From Octopus sinensis (lineage: Eukaryota): a DNA stretch of 64,000 nucleotides. Position 1 is the first letter of the stretch. Each line of letters starts with the position of its first letter. Made by a program: the position numbers and the translations under genes. Positions 39,550 to 51,300 of the stretch are shown here, piece after piece. The notes beneath the pieces are model-generated. The model saw only the letters and a program-made list of their open reading frames with translations, was not told the DNA's origin and made no database searches. The DNA is taken from NCBI RefSeq assembly GCF_006345805.1, contig NC_043014.1:48236001-48300000 (forward strand). The letters run 5' to 3'.

Positions 39550-39598
<49 letters not shown>

Positions 39599-39800
39599 CT
39601 GTCTGTGTTTGTCCCCCCAACATCGCTTGACAACCGATGCTGATGTGTTTATGTCCCTGTAACTTAGCGCTTCGGCAAAAGAGAACCGATAGAATAAGTA
39701 CTAGGCTTACAAAGAATAAGTCCTGGGGTCGATTTGCTCGACTAAAGGCGGTGCTCCAGCATGGCCACAGTCACATGACTGAAACAAATAAATAAAGAAA
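39389..39800 (+). mobile_element. tRNA-derived SINE family A (CORE-like). Other copies: 1-276 -, 3897-4300 -, 6445-6915 +, 12493-12882 +, 12998-13590 -, 30952-31345 -, 34032-34195 -, 38958-39360 +, 41070-41217 -, 42085-42495 -, 43540-43855 -, 55926-56345 -, 60078-60207 -
   Basis: A/B-box-like head (GGCTGTGTGGTAAG...GGTTCAGTCCC), ACCTTGGGCAAGTGTCTT CORE-like segment, central (TA)n(TG)n, and in most copies an (AAAAGAGT)n-type tail; many near-identical copies. Confidence 0.88.
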
Positions 39801-40141
39801 AGAATAAAAAGAATCATCATCATCATCATCATCATTTTTCTTCGTTTTTTTTCTTTTGTTCTTAATGTTTGTTACATGCTGGATTAAGTTGGAAGGGACA
39901 TGTTTCACCTGCTAGTTCACTCCTTCATTGCCTTTCTCCTTTGCTCACAAACACACACACAGACACAGAGGGAGAGAGAAAGAGAGAGGGGAGAGAGCAT
40001 GAGAAAGAGAGATAGTGTGAGAGAGCGTGTGCAAGGCAGAAGAAGCTATGTCCTGTTGTTAATAGATTTTTTTAGTATTTCTAACTAGCTGACTTTCATA
40101 GCAACCTTTCTTTGTTTGTTTTCAGATCTATTTTTCCTGAA

Positions 40142-40354
40142 ATGGCCTTGTCAAAGCCTGATCCTACCCCAGAATTTGTTGATATAGAAGAATCCTATCT
40201 TTGCATTTCTTGCAAAAATGTTTTAAAGAATGCTATGATGACACGATGTGGCCACCGCATCTGTATGGAATGTGCTGACAATTTGTTGAAAATTGTGGAC
40301 AGTGTACCATGTCCTGCAAATGAGGAAGATTGTGTTACTTTGAGAAAATTTGAG
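40142..40354 (+). CDS. TRAF2/3-like: TRAF-like gene coding exon 1 (RING finger); exon begins 40126 with 16 nt of 5' UTR
   Basis: ttttcag acceptor at 40124-25, ATG 40142, 71 codons MALSKPDPT...CISC...CGHRICMEC...CPANEEDCVTLRKFE, GT donor at 40355, phase 0. C3HC4 RING typical of TRAF N-termini. Confidence 0.93.
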
Positions 40355-40645
40355 GTTTGTATATTGAACTGTTTCAAAATTTCGTTTTCTTACAATTTAC
40401 AACTTCCTCAATCTCACTCACATATCACATTTTTGACTGTATCAAATTTGTATTGTCATTTTGAGTAACTAGTTAACAGGGTAGTAGTTGGGTAGCTGTG
40501 ACACAGTTGTATAGCTGTAACACAATTGTGTATCTGTGACCATCATACCTTTTATTTAGACATATATGTATCTATTTATCTATCTATCTTTCTGTCTGTC
40601 TACATATACATTTAAACCTATATATACATGTATATATTTATACAC

Positions 40646-40692
<47 letters not shown>

Positions 40693-40695
<3 letters not shown>

Positions 40696-41005
40696 GAGGC
40701 GCAATGGCCCAGTGGTTAAGGCAGCGGACTCACGGTTGTAGGATCGCAGTTTCGATTACCAGATTGGGCGTTGTGAGTGTTTATCGAGCGAAAACACCTA
40801 AAGCTCCACGAGGCTCTGGCAGGGGGTGGTGGCGATCCCTGCTGTACTCTTTCACCACAACTTTCTCTCACTCTTTCTTCTATTGGCCTGCTCGCTTAGC
40901 CAGTGGGGTGGCGTCATTTGAAGGCTAAAACAATGCGAAGCGCATTGTGACTGGTGATGTGTAGCAACATCTGATAGCTTGGTCGGTCACGGTGATCACA
41001 GTGAT
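40693..41005 (+). mobile_element. tRNA-derived SINE family D. Other copies: 4800-5100 +, 11735-12035 +; variants with a different 3' half at 27322-27630 + and 61650-61965 -
   Basis: GGAGGCGCAATGGCCCAGTGGTTAGGGCAG...GGTTTCGATTCCC tRNA-like head running straight into a shared ~240-bp body. Confidence 0.82.
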
Positions 41006-41019
41006 ATAAAAATATACGC

Positions 41020-41071
<52 letters not shown>

Positions 41072-41866
41072 TCTCTCTTTACCCTTTTACATGTTTCAGT
41101 CATTTGACTGCAGCCATGCTGGAGCACCACCTTTAGTCGAGCGAATCGACTCCGGGATTTATTGTTTGTAAGCCTAGTACTTATTCTATCGGTCTCTTTT
41201 GCCGAACCACTAAGTTACATGTATATATATATGTATGTATTTATGTATGTGTGTGTATATATATATATATACATCATGGTCATCATCAATTAACGTCGCT
41301 TTCCATGCTGGCATGGGTTGGACGTTTTGACTGAGGTCTGTAGATTCAGCAGCTGCACCATGCTCCAATCTTGATCTGGCAATGTTTCTACAGCTGGATG
41401 CCCTTCCTAACACCAACCACACTGAGAGTGTAGTGGGTGATATATATATATATACATACATGTGAGTATATACATGTGTGTATATATTATTGATCTCTAG
41501 CCACTAAACCTTTTTTTTATTTTCTCTCTGTTTTTTTCTGTGTTCCTTTCTGTTGAAGAGCATAAGCTCGAAATGTTAAAGACTTTCTCGCTTCCCGAGC
41601 GTTAAACTAATACATCTGTTTGTTGTTTACACAACCAATAACTTTGTTACAGGCAGGATGTAAATTTAGTCCTTCATATTGTAAAAACAGCAAAAGAAAT
41701 GGGTTTACTAATTTATATTTTATTTGTGAAAAACTGATGTTTTGAATTTGCTGTAGAAAGAGTTGTATGTTTGTATGTGTGTCATCCCAGAATCCAAAGG
41801 GGTGGCAAATGGAAAAAATTGGGAGACCTTGAAATAAACTAATCTAAATAATTTGTCTATTCTCAG

Positions 41867-41971
41867 CTCCATGAAGACTTCAGTGCAAGAAGATACATCA
41901 ACCACCAACTTGTATATTGTTATAATAAATGTTATGGCTGTCCTGTAAAAATGTTGTACAAAGATTTATCG
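41867..41971 (+). CDS. TRAF2/3-like: TRAF-like coding exon 2 (RING-ZF1 linker and start of ZF1)
   Basis: Not in the ORF track. tctcag acceptor; 35 codons LHEDFSARRYINHQLVYCYNKCYGCPVKMLYKDLS; gttagt donor; phase 0-0. Matches the TRAF pattern D..A.REI..L.VYC.N...GC. Confidence 0.88.
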
Positions 41972-44900
41972 GTTAGTACCACTTTCTTTACTACTTGTGT
42001 TCTTTGTTGTCTCTGGTTGTTGTTGTTGTTGTTACTACTGCTGCTAATTTTTTTCCTTTTAATCCTCCCCTTCAAACACCCATATACTCTCTTTTACTCT
42101 TTTACTTGTTTCAGTCATTTTGACTGCGGCCATGCTGGAGCACCGCCTTTAATCGAGCAACTCGACCCCAGGACTTATTCTTTGTAAGCCCAGTACTTAT
42201 TCTATCGGTCTGTTTTGCCGAACCGCTAAGTGACGGGGACATAAACACACCAGCATCGGTTGTGAAGCAATGCTAGGGGGACAAACACAGACACACAAAC
42301 ATACATGCACACATATATATACATATATACGACGGGCTTCTTTCAGTTTCCGTCTACCAAATCCACTCACAAGGCTTTGGTCAGCCTGGGACTATAGTAG
42401 AAGACACTTGCCCAAGGTGCCACGCAGTGGGACTGAACCCAGAACCATGTGGTTGGTAAGCAAGCTACTTACCACACAGCCACTCCTGCACCTATATGTT
42501 AAAATCAACAGGAGCAACCATCATTATTATTTCATCAACCTCGAAAGGGTGAAAGGTTAATTTTCAGCTTTCAGGGTTGATGAAATAAGTACCAGATTAG
42601 CACTGGGATCAACATCATCGGCTAATACCGTCTGCTAAAGAATTTCAATCCTTGTGCCTATAGCAGAAAAGATCATCATCATTATTATTATTATTATTGT
42701 TGTTCCTCCTCAATTCTTCTGAAAGAATGTTGACTGGTATAGTCATACCTACTGAAGACTTTTGCTGTTGTCTGTTAAAGCTACCTTGTGACAAGATCAT
42801 AGTTGCCGTGCCTAGGTCCCTACAGGAACCACACTAATCCTCTGATATTGGCGTGCTGGCAGAAACGTTAGCATGCCGGATGAAATGCGTAGCCGTATTT
42901 TGTCTTCCGCTACGTTCTGAGTTCAAATTCCGCCGAGGTCAACTTTGCCTTTCATTCTTTCAGGGTCTATTAAATAAGTACCAGTTATGCACTGGGGTCG
43001 TTATAATCGACTTAATCCGTTTGTCTGTCCTTGTTTGTCCCCTCTGTGTTTAGCCCCTTGTAGGTAGTAAAGAAATAGATATTGGTTGTCGAAATAACCT
43101 TTGCCAAGGCCTTTCTAGCAGTGGGTAGGAGTATTATGCCCCTACTTTTGGAGCAAACAGATTTATCTCCCTTATTTCTATAGCTAGTGATAATCTTTTC
43201 TACTCTAGGCATAAGACCTGAAATTTTTGGGGATGGGGCCAGCCGATTAGATTGACCCCAGTACACAACTTGTACTTAATTTATCAACCCCAAAAGGATG
43301 AAGGGCAAAGTCAACCTCGGTGGAATTTGCACTCAGAATGTAACAGCAGAGAAAATACCACTGGGCATTTCGTCCGACGTGCTAACGTTTCTGCCAGCTT
43401 GCCACCTTTAGTGATAACGTTGGCATCCTTCCACTCCTGACTCCTTACTTATGTGATGAAGTACTTTAGTGCAGAAGTAACCTCTCTCCTTCAGAATCTC
43501 TGCTGGAATATTGTCTGATCCAGTATCTTTTATTTGTTTTAGTCATTAGACTGTGACCATGATTGGGCACTGCCTTGAATTTTTATTTGTATATATCGAT
43601 CCCAGTACTTTTTATTTTTTTTAAAGCCTAGTACTTATTATATCGGTCACTTTTGCTGATTTGTTGAACCACTAAGTTACAGGGATGACACCAAACCAAA
43701 ATCAGTTGTGAAACAACAGGCTTATTTCAGTTTCTGTCTACCAAATACACTGACAAGGCTTTGGTTGGCCTGAGGCTGTAGTAGAAGACACTTGCCCAAG
43801 GTGCAATGCAGTGGGACTGAACTCAGAACCATGTATTTGCAAAGCAAGCTTCTTATTGCTTTATTGCTCAGAAGGGGCTAAACAGAGAGGGGACAAACAA
43901 GGACAGACATAGGTATTAAGTCGATTACATCGACCCCAGTGCGTAACTGCTACTTATTTAATCGACCCCGAAAGGATGAAAGGCAAAGTTGACCTCGGCG
44001 GAATTTGAACTCAGAACGTAACGGCAGACGAAATACCTATTTATTTACTACTCAAAAGGGGCTAAACACAGAGAGGACAAACAAGGACAGACAAACGGAT
44101 TAAGTCGATTACATCGACCCCAGTGCGTAACTGCTACTTATTTAATCGACCCCGAAAGGATGAAAGGCAAAGTTGACCTCGGCGGAATTTGGACTCAGAA
44201 CGTAACAGCAGACGAAATACCGATAAACATTTCGATCGGCATGGTAACGTTTCTGCCAGCTTGCTGCCTTCTTACCACGCAGCCACACCTGTGCCTATCT
44301 TCCCTATTTTTTATGGATTTGATGGCTGCACTAAATTCTGTCAAGTGTGGTGATCCATTAACATAGTGGCTGATGAAATATTTCATAAAATTCCTTCGTG
44401 AGTGTTGAATCTACAGGCTTAGTCTAGTTTAGGGGCTGGTTGAAATGTTCCCTTCTGTACTCCACTATTGCTTACTGATCTTTCAGCAGAGAAATGCCAT
44501 TTGGTGAAGTAATTGGTCTCCTGGAACGATTCCTAGAGTCATTAGGTTTTTCCATTATGTCATAGAAATTGTATGTCATATTTGTTTGTATACATCTAAC
44601 TTTCTTGAGCTTTTGTAATCTGCCATTCAATATTCAAGATATGAAGAGTGAATTGAGCTTCCCTCAAAGAGTTTGCCACTGATTTTTGAGAGAGTCTTGG
44701 TAGGAAAGATTGTCTAGAATTGCTCTTTGGGCATTTTGTATGTCATTCAAGAACTTGCCAAATCTGCTGCAGCCTTCATTGACCCTATCTTGGTGGGTTT
44801 TACTTCTTGAATCTGATGGCTGTAGCAACAATGTCACAGGCTGAGGTGTGAAACTCACAAAGGGCCATTCGTGTCAGCTCATGAGGCGATGAGTGTTCCT

Positions 44901-44996
44901 GAATCTCCCTGTTTCACCACCAGATGACAATTCTTACAAATGTTGGGAGTGTGTTCTTGCAGCAATTGAAATTCTTCACATTTTGATACTCTTGGG

Positions 44997-45430
44997 CACA
45001 CCTGTTGGCATGTTACAGCGAGGAAGATACACCTGTAGGCATGTTACAGCAATAAAGACACACCTGTTGCCATGTTACAGCAATAAAGACACACCTGTTG
45101 GCATGTTACAGTGAGGAAGGCACAGCTGTTGGCATGTTACAGTGAAGAATACACACCCGTCGGCATGTTACAGCGAAGAAGACACACCTGTTGGCATTTT
45201 ACAGCGAGGTAGACGCACCTGTTGGCATGTTACTGAGAGGAAGACACACCTGTTGGCATGTTACAGTGAAAAAGACACGTGTTGGCATGTTACTATGAGG
45301 AATACTCACCTGTTGGCGTGTTACAGCGAGGAAGACACACCTGTTGGCGTGTTACAGCGAGGAAGACACATCTGTTGACATGTTGCAATGGGGAAGACGC
45401 ATCTTTTGATGTGTTGTAGGGAAGACATAT
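44997..45430. repeat. 31-bp minisatellite GACACACCTGTTGGCATGTTACAGCGAGGAA, ~13 copies
   Basis: CCTGT anchors at 45001, 45032, 45063 and onward. Confidence 0.93.
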
Positions 45431-45524
45431 AAGAGTAACAAAATTGTGTTCTTGGTGTGTGTGTGTGTGTGTGTGTGAAAAATAGTTTCTAATTTTGTGT
45501 TTTTTTTTAAATTTTCTTTTTTAG

Positions 45525-45695
45525 GATCATTCCAAACACCTGAATAATTGCGAATACTGGCAGAAAAAATGTAGCAACACAGGTTGTACATGGACAGGTT
45601 GTTTACAGGAGAAAGAGCAACATATTGAGACGTGCCCGTTTCAGATAATTAAATGTGAAGATTGTGACTCGTCAATACGGAGAAGTGACAAAACA
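45525..45695 (+). CDS. TRAF2/3-like: TRAF-like coding exon 3 (zinc fingers 1-3)
   Basis: Long T tract + ttag acceptor; 57 codons DHSKHLNNCEYWQKKCSNTGCTWTGCLQEKEQHIETCPFQIIKCEDCDSSIRRSDKT; donor GTCAGT at 45696; resembles TRAF2 GCTWKGTL..HEGRCP. Confidence 0.9.
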
Positions 45696-46047
45696 GTCAG
45701 TAATCACCTTTTACTTTCTTCCTTTTTTTTTTTTCTTTTTTTTTAATTAATTATTGTTATATGAGCAGTAAAGGTGCTTGGCCTAGTAGTTAAGCCGTGA
45801 TGGCAAGGTTGTTGTTTCAATTCCTGGACTGAGTGATGCATTGAGTTTCTGAGCAAAACACTTCATTTCATGTTGCTTCAGTCAGCTCAGCTGTAAATGA
45901 GCTAACCCTGTAACAGGCTGGTATCCTGTTCATAGGCAATATTGTGAACTTGGTCACTTAGTTGCTATGGAAACCAAGTTTGCAGCCCTATGAGTCTTAG
46001 CGCTCAGGACAGTAATATCCAGGTGATTCAATTTTATTTTACTTTAC

Positions 46048-47243
46048 TTACCTGTCGCTTGGTCTAAAACTACCAGCTGACCTGTCATATGATCTAAAAT
46101 TACCCAGCTGACCTGTCGTATGGTCTAATACTACCAGCTGACCTGTTGCATGGTCTAACACTACCAGCTGACCTGTCACATGGTCTAAAACGACCAGCTG
46201 ACCTATCACATGGTCTAACACTACCAGCTGACCTGTCGCTTGGTCTAACACTACCGGCTGACCTGTCACATGGTCTAACATTACCAGGTGACCTGTCACT
46301 TGGTCTAAAACTACCCAGCTGACCTGTCATATGGTCTAAAACTACTCAGCTGACCTGTCGCATGGTCTGACACTACCAGCTGACCCGTCGCTTGGTCTAA
46401 CACTACCAGCTGACCTGTCATATGGTCTAAAACTACTCAGCTGACCTGTCGCATGGTCTGACACTACCAGCTGACCCGTCGCTTGGTCTAACACTACCAG
46501 CTGACCTGTTGCATGGTCTAACACTACCAGCTGACCTGTCTCTTGGTCTAACACTACCAGCTGACCTGTCATATGGTCTAAAACTACTCAGCTGACCTGT
46601 CGCATGGTCTGACACTACCAGCTGACCCGTCGCTTGGTCTAACACTACCAACTGACCTGTCGCTTGGTCTAACACTACCAGCTGACCTGTCGCTTGGTCT
46701 AACATTACCAGCTGACCTGTCGCTTGGTCTAACACTACCAGCTGACCTGTCGCTTGGTCTAACATTACCAGCTGACCTGTTGCATGGTCTAACACTACCA
46801 GCTGACCTGTCTCTTGGTCTAACACTACCAGGTGACCTGTCATATGGCCTAACACCACCAGCTGACCTGTCGCTTGGTCTAAAACTACCCAGCTGACCTG
46901 TCGCATGGTCTAACACCACCAGCTGACCTGTTGCTTGGTCTAAACCTACCCAGCTGACCTGTCACATGGTCTAACACTACCAGCTGACCTGTCGTATGGT
47001 CTAACACTACCAGCGGACTTGTCACATGGTCTAACACTACCAGCCGACCTATCATATGGTCTAACACTACCAGCTGACCTGTTCCTTGGTCTAAAACTAC
47101 CCAGCTGACCTGTCACATGGTCTAACACTACCAGCTCACCTGTCGCTTGGTCTAACACTACCAGCTCACCTGTCGTATTGTCTAACACTATCAGCTGACT
47201 TGTCACATGGTATAACACTACCAGCTGACCTGTCACATGGTAT
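46048..47243. repeat. 30/31-bp minisatellite CAGCTGACCTGTCGCTTGGTCTAACACTAC, ~39 copies
   Basis: Direct reading; explains the TGQLVVLDHA / SAGSVRPCDR repeat ORFs. Confidence 0.97.
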
Positions 47244-48102
47244 CACTCAGTATCACTACAGACCGCTGTACAGTGGAGACAAGCACAGCTAGAATTAGCA
47301 AAAACCCACTTGTTTCATCATTTTCATATCAAAATACTTGTTTTCTGTGAAAAATTATATACCATTTGAAAGATCTGGATGTGAACTTCTCATATAGTTT
47401 TAATTAAAATCTGACAGTTACATAACATGTCGGTGTCCCTCAAACACTCTGGTATTTCTATGCATTTACAAAGTTTGTCCTTTGTTGTTGTTTTTTAATG
47501 TCTGCTGAATGCTAGTCCTCATTCTAGTTCCGTGTACTGGAGCACTATGACTCAAGTTGTGTTGAAAATCATACAATCAGAAAGAGGAATGTTTTTGTTT
47601 TATTTTGATATTAGAAACCGATGGGGTATGTCAGGTAATTGTTATGAAATATAAAAGTTATTATTTTATCATTAATTTTCACTGAGAAAAGAACATATTT
47701 TCTTCAAGGTTTTTTATACCATAAGAGAGAAAAATTTCTCATGAATTCAATATGGTCATTGCCGAATCTAGCCACAAGATGGTGAAAAAGCACAAAGTCA
47801 AAAATATTTTGATCATATACTTTTTATATATGATTAACACATATTGACAGTATTTGTCACACTGACAGATTCCCACGCAGCGAGAAGTCAAATGGAATAT
47901 GAATCAAATATTAATTTTGATCCAGATTTTTAAAAAATGGTAAGTAAACATATTTTTATCAAATAATGCACTAAATTGAGATAAATATGTCTTCTAATTA
48001 ATTAGAATTTGCATATATTGAAAATGTTGTTTATTCACTCTTGCTGTTTAATGTGTGCTGGATGACCTCTGAATTTTACCTTGCAGGTATTTTTGCACAA
48101 AG

Positions 48103-48335
48103 GCGGTGAGCTGGCAGAATCGTTAGCACACTGGGCGAAATGCGTAGCCGTATTTCGTCTGCCGTTACATTCTGAGTTCAAATTCCGCCGAGGTCGACTT
48201 TTCCTTTCGTCCTTTCGGGGTCGATAAATTAAGTATCAGTTATGCACTGGGGTCGATGTAATCGACTTAATCTGTCTGTCTCTCCTTGTTTGTCCTCTCT
48301 GTGTTTAGCCCCTTGTGGGTAGTAAAGAAATAGGT
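48103..48335 (+). mobile_element. tRNA-derived SINE family C. Other copies: 5840-6040 -, 12047-12265 +, 23925-24130 -, 29638-29870 -, 35665-35895 -, 42850-43080 +, 43870-44260 - (tandem pair), 50060-50295 +, 56733-56910 +
   Basis: GGCGAGCTGGCAGAA...GAGTTCAAATTCC head and GCCTTTCATCCTTTCGGGGTCGATAAA..GTACCAG central domain (resembles Deu/Nin-type SINE domains; unverified). Confidence 0.82.
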
Positions 48336-51300
48336 ATTTTTGCACATGTATTTTTGAGATAAAGGACTTGAAATACCTATTACATGGAAGCAGGGCATGC
48401 ATGAAATAGCAACCAAATCTTTCCTTTATGCGTGATTTCGATGTCACATTTGTTGAAAGCATGCAAAATAACGAAAAAGAAGAAAAAAAAAACCCACGAA
48501 ACAAAACTCTGTTGCTAGGAAACTCAGACTTCCCCAGTGACCCAACGGGTCATAGGTAATCTAGTAGTTAAATAGAACTGAATAATCGTATTGATAAATA
48601 CTACTCTTTGTAACAAGACTGTTAGTAACATTTTAGTTAACTTCCAAGCCTAGTCACTGGCTTACTGTTGGCTCATTATTATAAATCTATTATAGAAATG
48701 TTAATGTATGTGGTTATGTATTCATGTTTAGCCCCAAAAAGGCTCTGGAATGGTGAATCTTTGAGGAAAACGAATTTCATTTTCGAAATCTGTGTCCTAC
48801 AGACAACGTCATTCATAAATAATAATAAAAAAAATTTAATTTGCTGCAAGAAATAACTCAACTTTTAGATCAACTATTCTCCCACTTTTTGTCTATCTCC
48901 ATCAATTTGTCTCTCTATGTATTCATCATGCACTTTGTATATGTATTAATTCTCACTCATAATTTTCCTTTTGTTACCTAATGATCTAACTTTAAGTTTC
49001 TTTAAAATTTTTCTAAAATTTTTTCTGGAATAATTGAATCACAAAATTGGATTTAGTACGAAAAAGTACATCAATATACTAAATTTGAAAATTTTCTCTT
49101 AATTTAAACATTTTTTAATTTGTGACAGCAGCAGAGATCTCCCTCTCTTTATTGTCTGTCTGTTTCAGTTTTTCTTACTCTCTACAAAAATATATTGCTC
49201 ATGCTGAGTGTGTGTGTGTTTGTGTGTGTGTGTTTGTTAGTGTGTGTATGCATGTAAGGAATTTCATTAGGGCAATAGGGTAATTTATTTTAGTAGCATA
49301 ATTTTCTGTTAGTAAATATGATTTTCCTTACATAAACACACATGCACGGGCACATGAATTTGCTTGATGTGGTTGAGGGTTAAAGATTTGAATAAGAAAA
49401 TTTTTTGTACTTTTTTGTAAGTAAATATGTTTTTTCCTTACACACACAAACGCACACACTTGATGCAGAGAGCGGGTTAAAAATTTTAATAAATTTTGTT
49501 GCTGCTTAAATCCAAGGAATGGGCCACCACGTCATCATTCCATAAAATGTATTTTTGAGGAGAAAAATATATAGAAAAACACCAATAATCTTCTTTTTTA
49601 ATCTTCAAGGCTTCTCCCATTGTTTTTAAGAATGTAGTGCAAAAAAAAAAAAAATTGGCTAATACTGGTATTGAGTGGGTTGGTTTGGTAGTGGCTACAA
49701 TTAATAAATTTTCTAAAGATTCATTTTTGAATTGGAAAGGATTCTCCCATTATTTTAAGTATGTAGTATATAAAAGAATTTGGGCTAAATGGGTTTGGAA
49801 GGCAGGCGAGAGGGAATTCATAAATTTTCAAAAATTGTTTTTCGTAAAAAGCTTCCTCCCGTCATCTGTAAGGCTGTGGTGAAAAAGGAAGTTTGAAAAA
49901 TTCCTGTCAAAATGGAGAAAATCCAATTTATGTAGGTTTTCTATTCCAAAAGTCTGCTAAAGTTTGTGAAAATTACCCAGCAATGATGGGATACACAGTA
50001 GTATATACATATATTTTTAGTACCACTGAAATTTACCTTAAAAGAATTAATTTAGTATCTTAAAGGTAGTGAGCTGGCAGAAACGTTAGCACGCCGGGCA
50101 AAATGCTTTGTGGTATTTCGGCCACCGCTGCGTTCTGAGTTCAAATTCTGCCAAAGTCGACTTTGCCTTTCATCCTTTCGGGGTCGATAAATTAAGCACC
50201 AGTTATGCACTGGGGTCGATGTAATCGACTTAAACCATTTGTCTCTCCTTGTTTGTCCCCTCTGTGTTTAGCCCTTTGTGGGTAATAAAGAAATAAGGAT
50301 TATTCTAGTATCTTATTCTCGTTGTTCTTAATACAATAGCTGCTGAGCTTTTTAAGCTCTTGAGGAGTGTGTTCCTTAGTACAGGGCATGACTGGAAGAA
50401 ATCTCTATCCAATCTTCCTCCCACTAACAAGATTCTCCTACAATCTTACCACTCGAAGGAGGCTCATCAAAAACGTTGGAAAGATGTTACAACATGGATG
50501 ATCCCAGGTAACTTTTCCCAATTACCCAGGATCAAAGTGCTATTTTCTCATTGAAACAACTCCCAAGGTTGTATCTTCAATCAAGACAACTGCTGCCTTC
50601 ACACTCTTCCTTGAAAAAGTCATCTTGATTTCACAGGTAAGGTTTTGCTATCTCTTTTTAATTGATTATATTTTTGCACATATTTTCTTTTCTTTAATGT
50701 AGGTAATATTTAGCTTTAAATTACTGTTGCCATACTCCATGCTTTGTGCATGTGGTGGTGTGCTATGTTATTGTTTGTGTGAAAGAATGTGTGTCATGAT
50801 TTTCCTTTCATGCTCCCATCTAGTATAAAATTGAATACTTACGCTGACCAATAAATCAAAATAATATTTTTTGTTTTGAGGAACTTCCACACAAAAGGCT
50901 TACCAGGCCTTATCTTAATTCCTCTCTTTTCATTTTTTTATTAGGTTGATTTGGCCTACCATCATCATCATTCAATGTCTGTTGTCCATGCTGACATTGT
51001 TTGGACAGTTTGACCGGGGCTGCACCAGACTGCAGTCTGATTTGGCATGGTTTATACGGCTGGATGCCTTTCCACTCTAAGAGTGTAATGAGTGCTTTTA
51101 CGTGCCACCAGCATGGGTGCCAGTTGTGTGACACCAGTATCTGCCATAACTATGATTTCACTTGGTTTGATGGCTCTTCTTCTCAAGCACAGCATATTGC
51201 CTAAGGTTTCAGTCATTTGCCATTGCCTCCATGAGGCCCAGGGCTCAAAAGGTGCTTTTACCTGCCACCAGCCTGGGTGCTAGTTATGTGATACCTGCAT

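Noticed and set aside
41755-41840. Possible TRAF exon 2 (LYVCHPRIQRGGKWKKLGDLE)
   Set aside because: Ends in a stop with no in-frame donor; the exon at 41867-41971 fits the TRAF consensus and phases far better.
44400-44990. Possible decayed retroelement ORF (similar case at 29863-30279)
   Set aside because: Coding-like composition but no motif I could identify; left unannotated.
46043-46054. U1 snRNA gene or pseudogene (ACTTACCTG)
   Set aside because: Only 9 nt match; the following sequence is minisatellite, not U1 stem-loop I.
46048-47236. CRISPR array or repeat-protein CDS
   Set aside because: Units are contiguous with no unique spacers, the context is a eukaryotic intron, and 31-bp variants shift the frame repeatedly.
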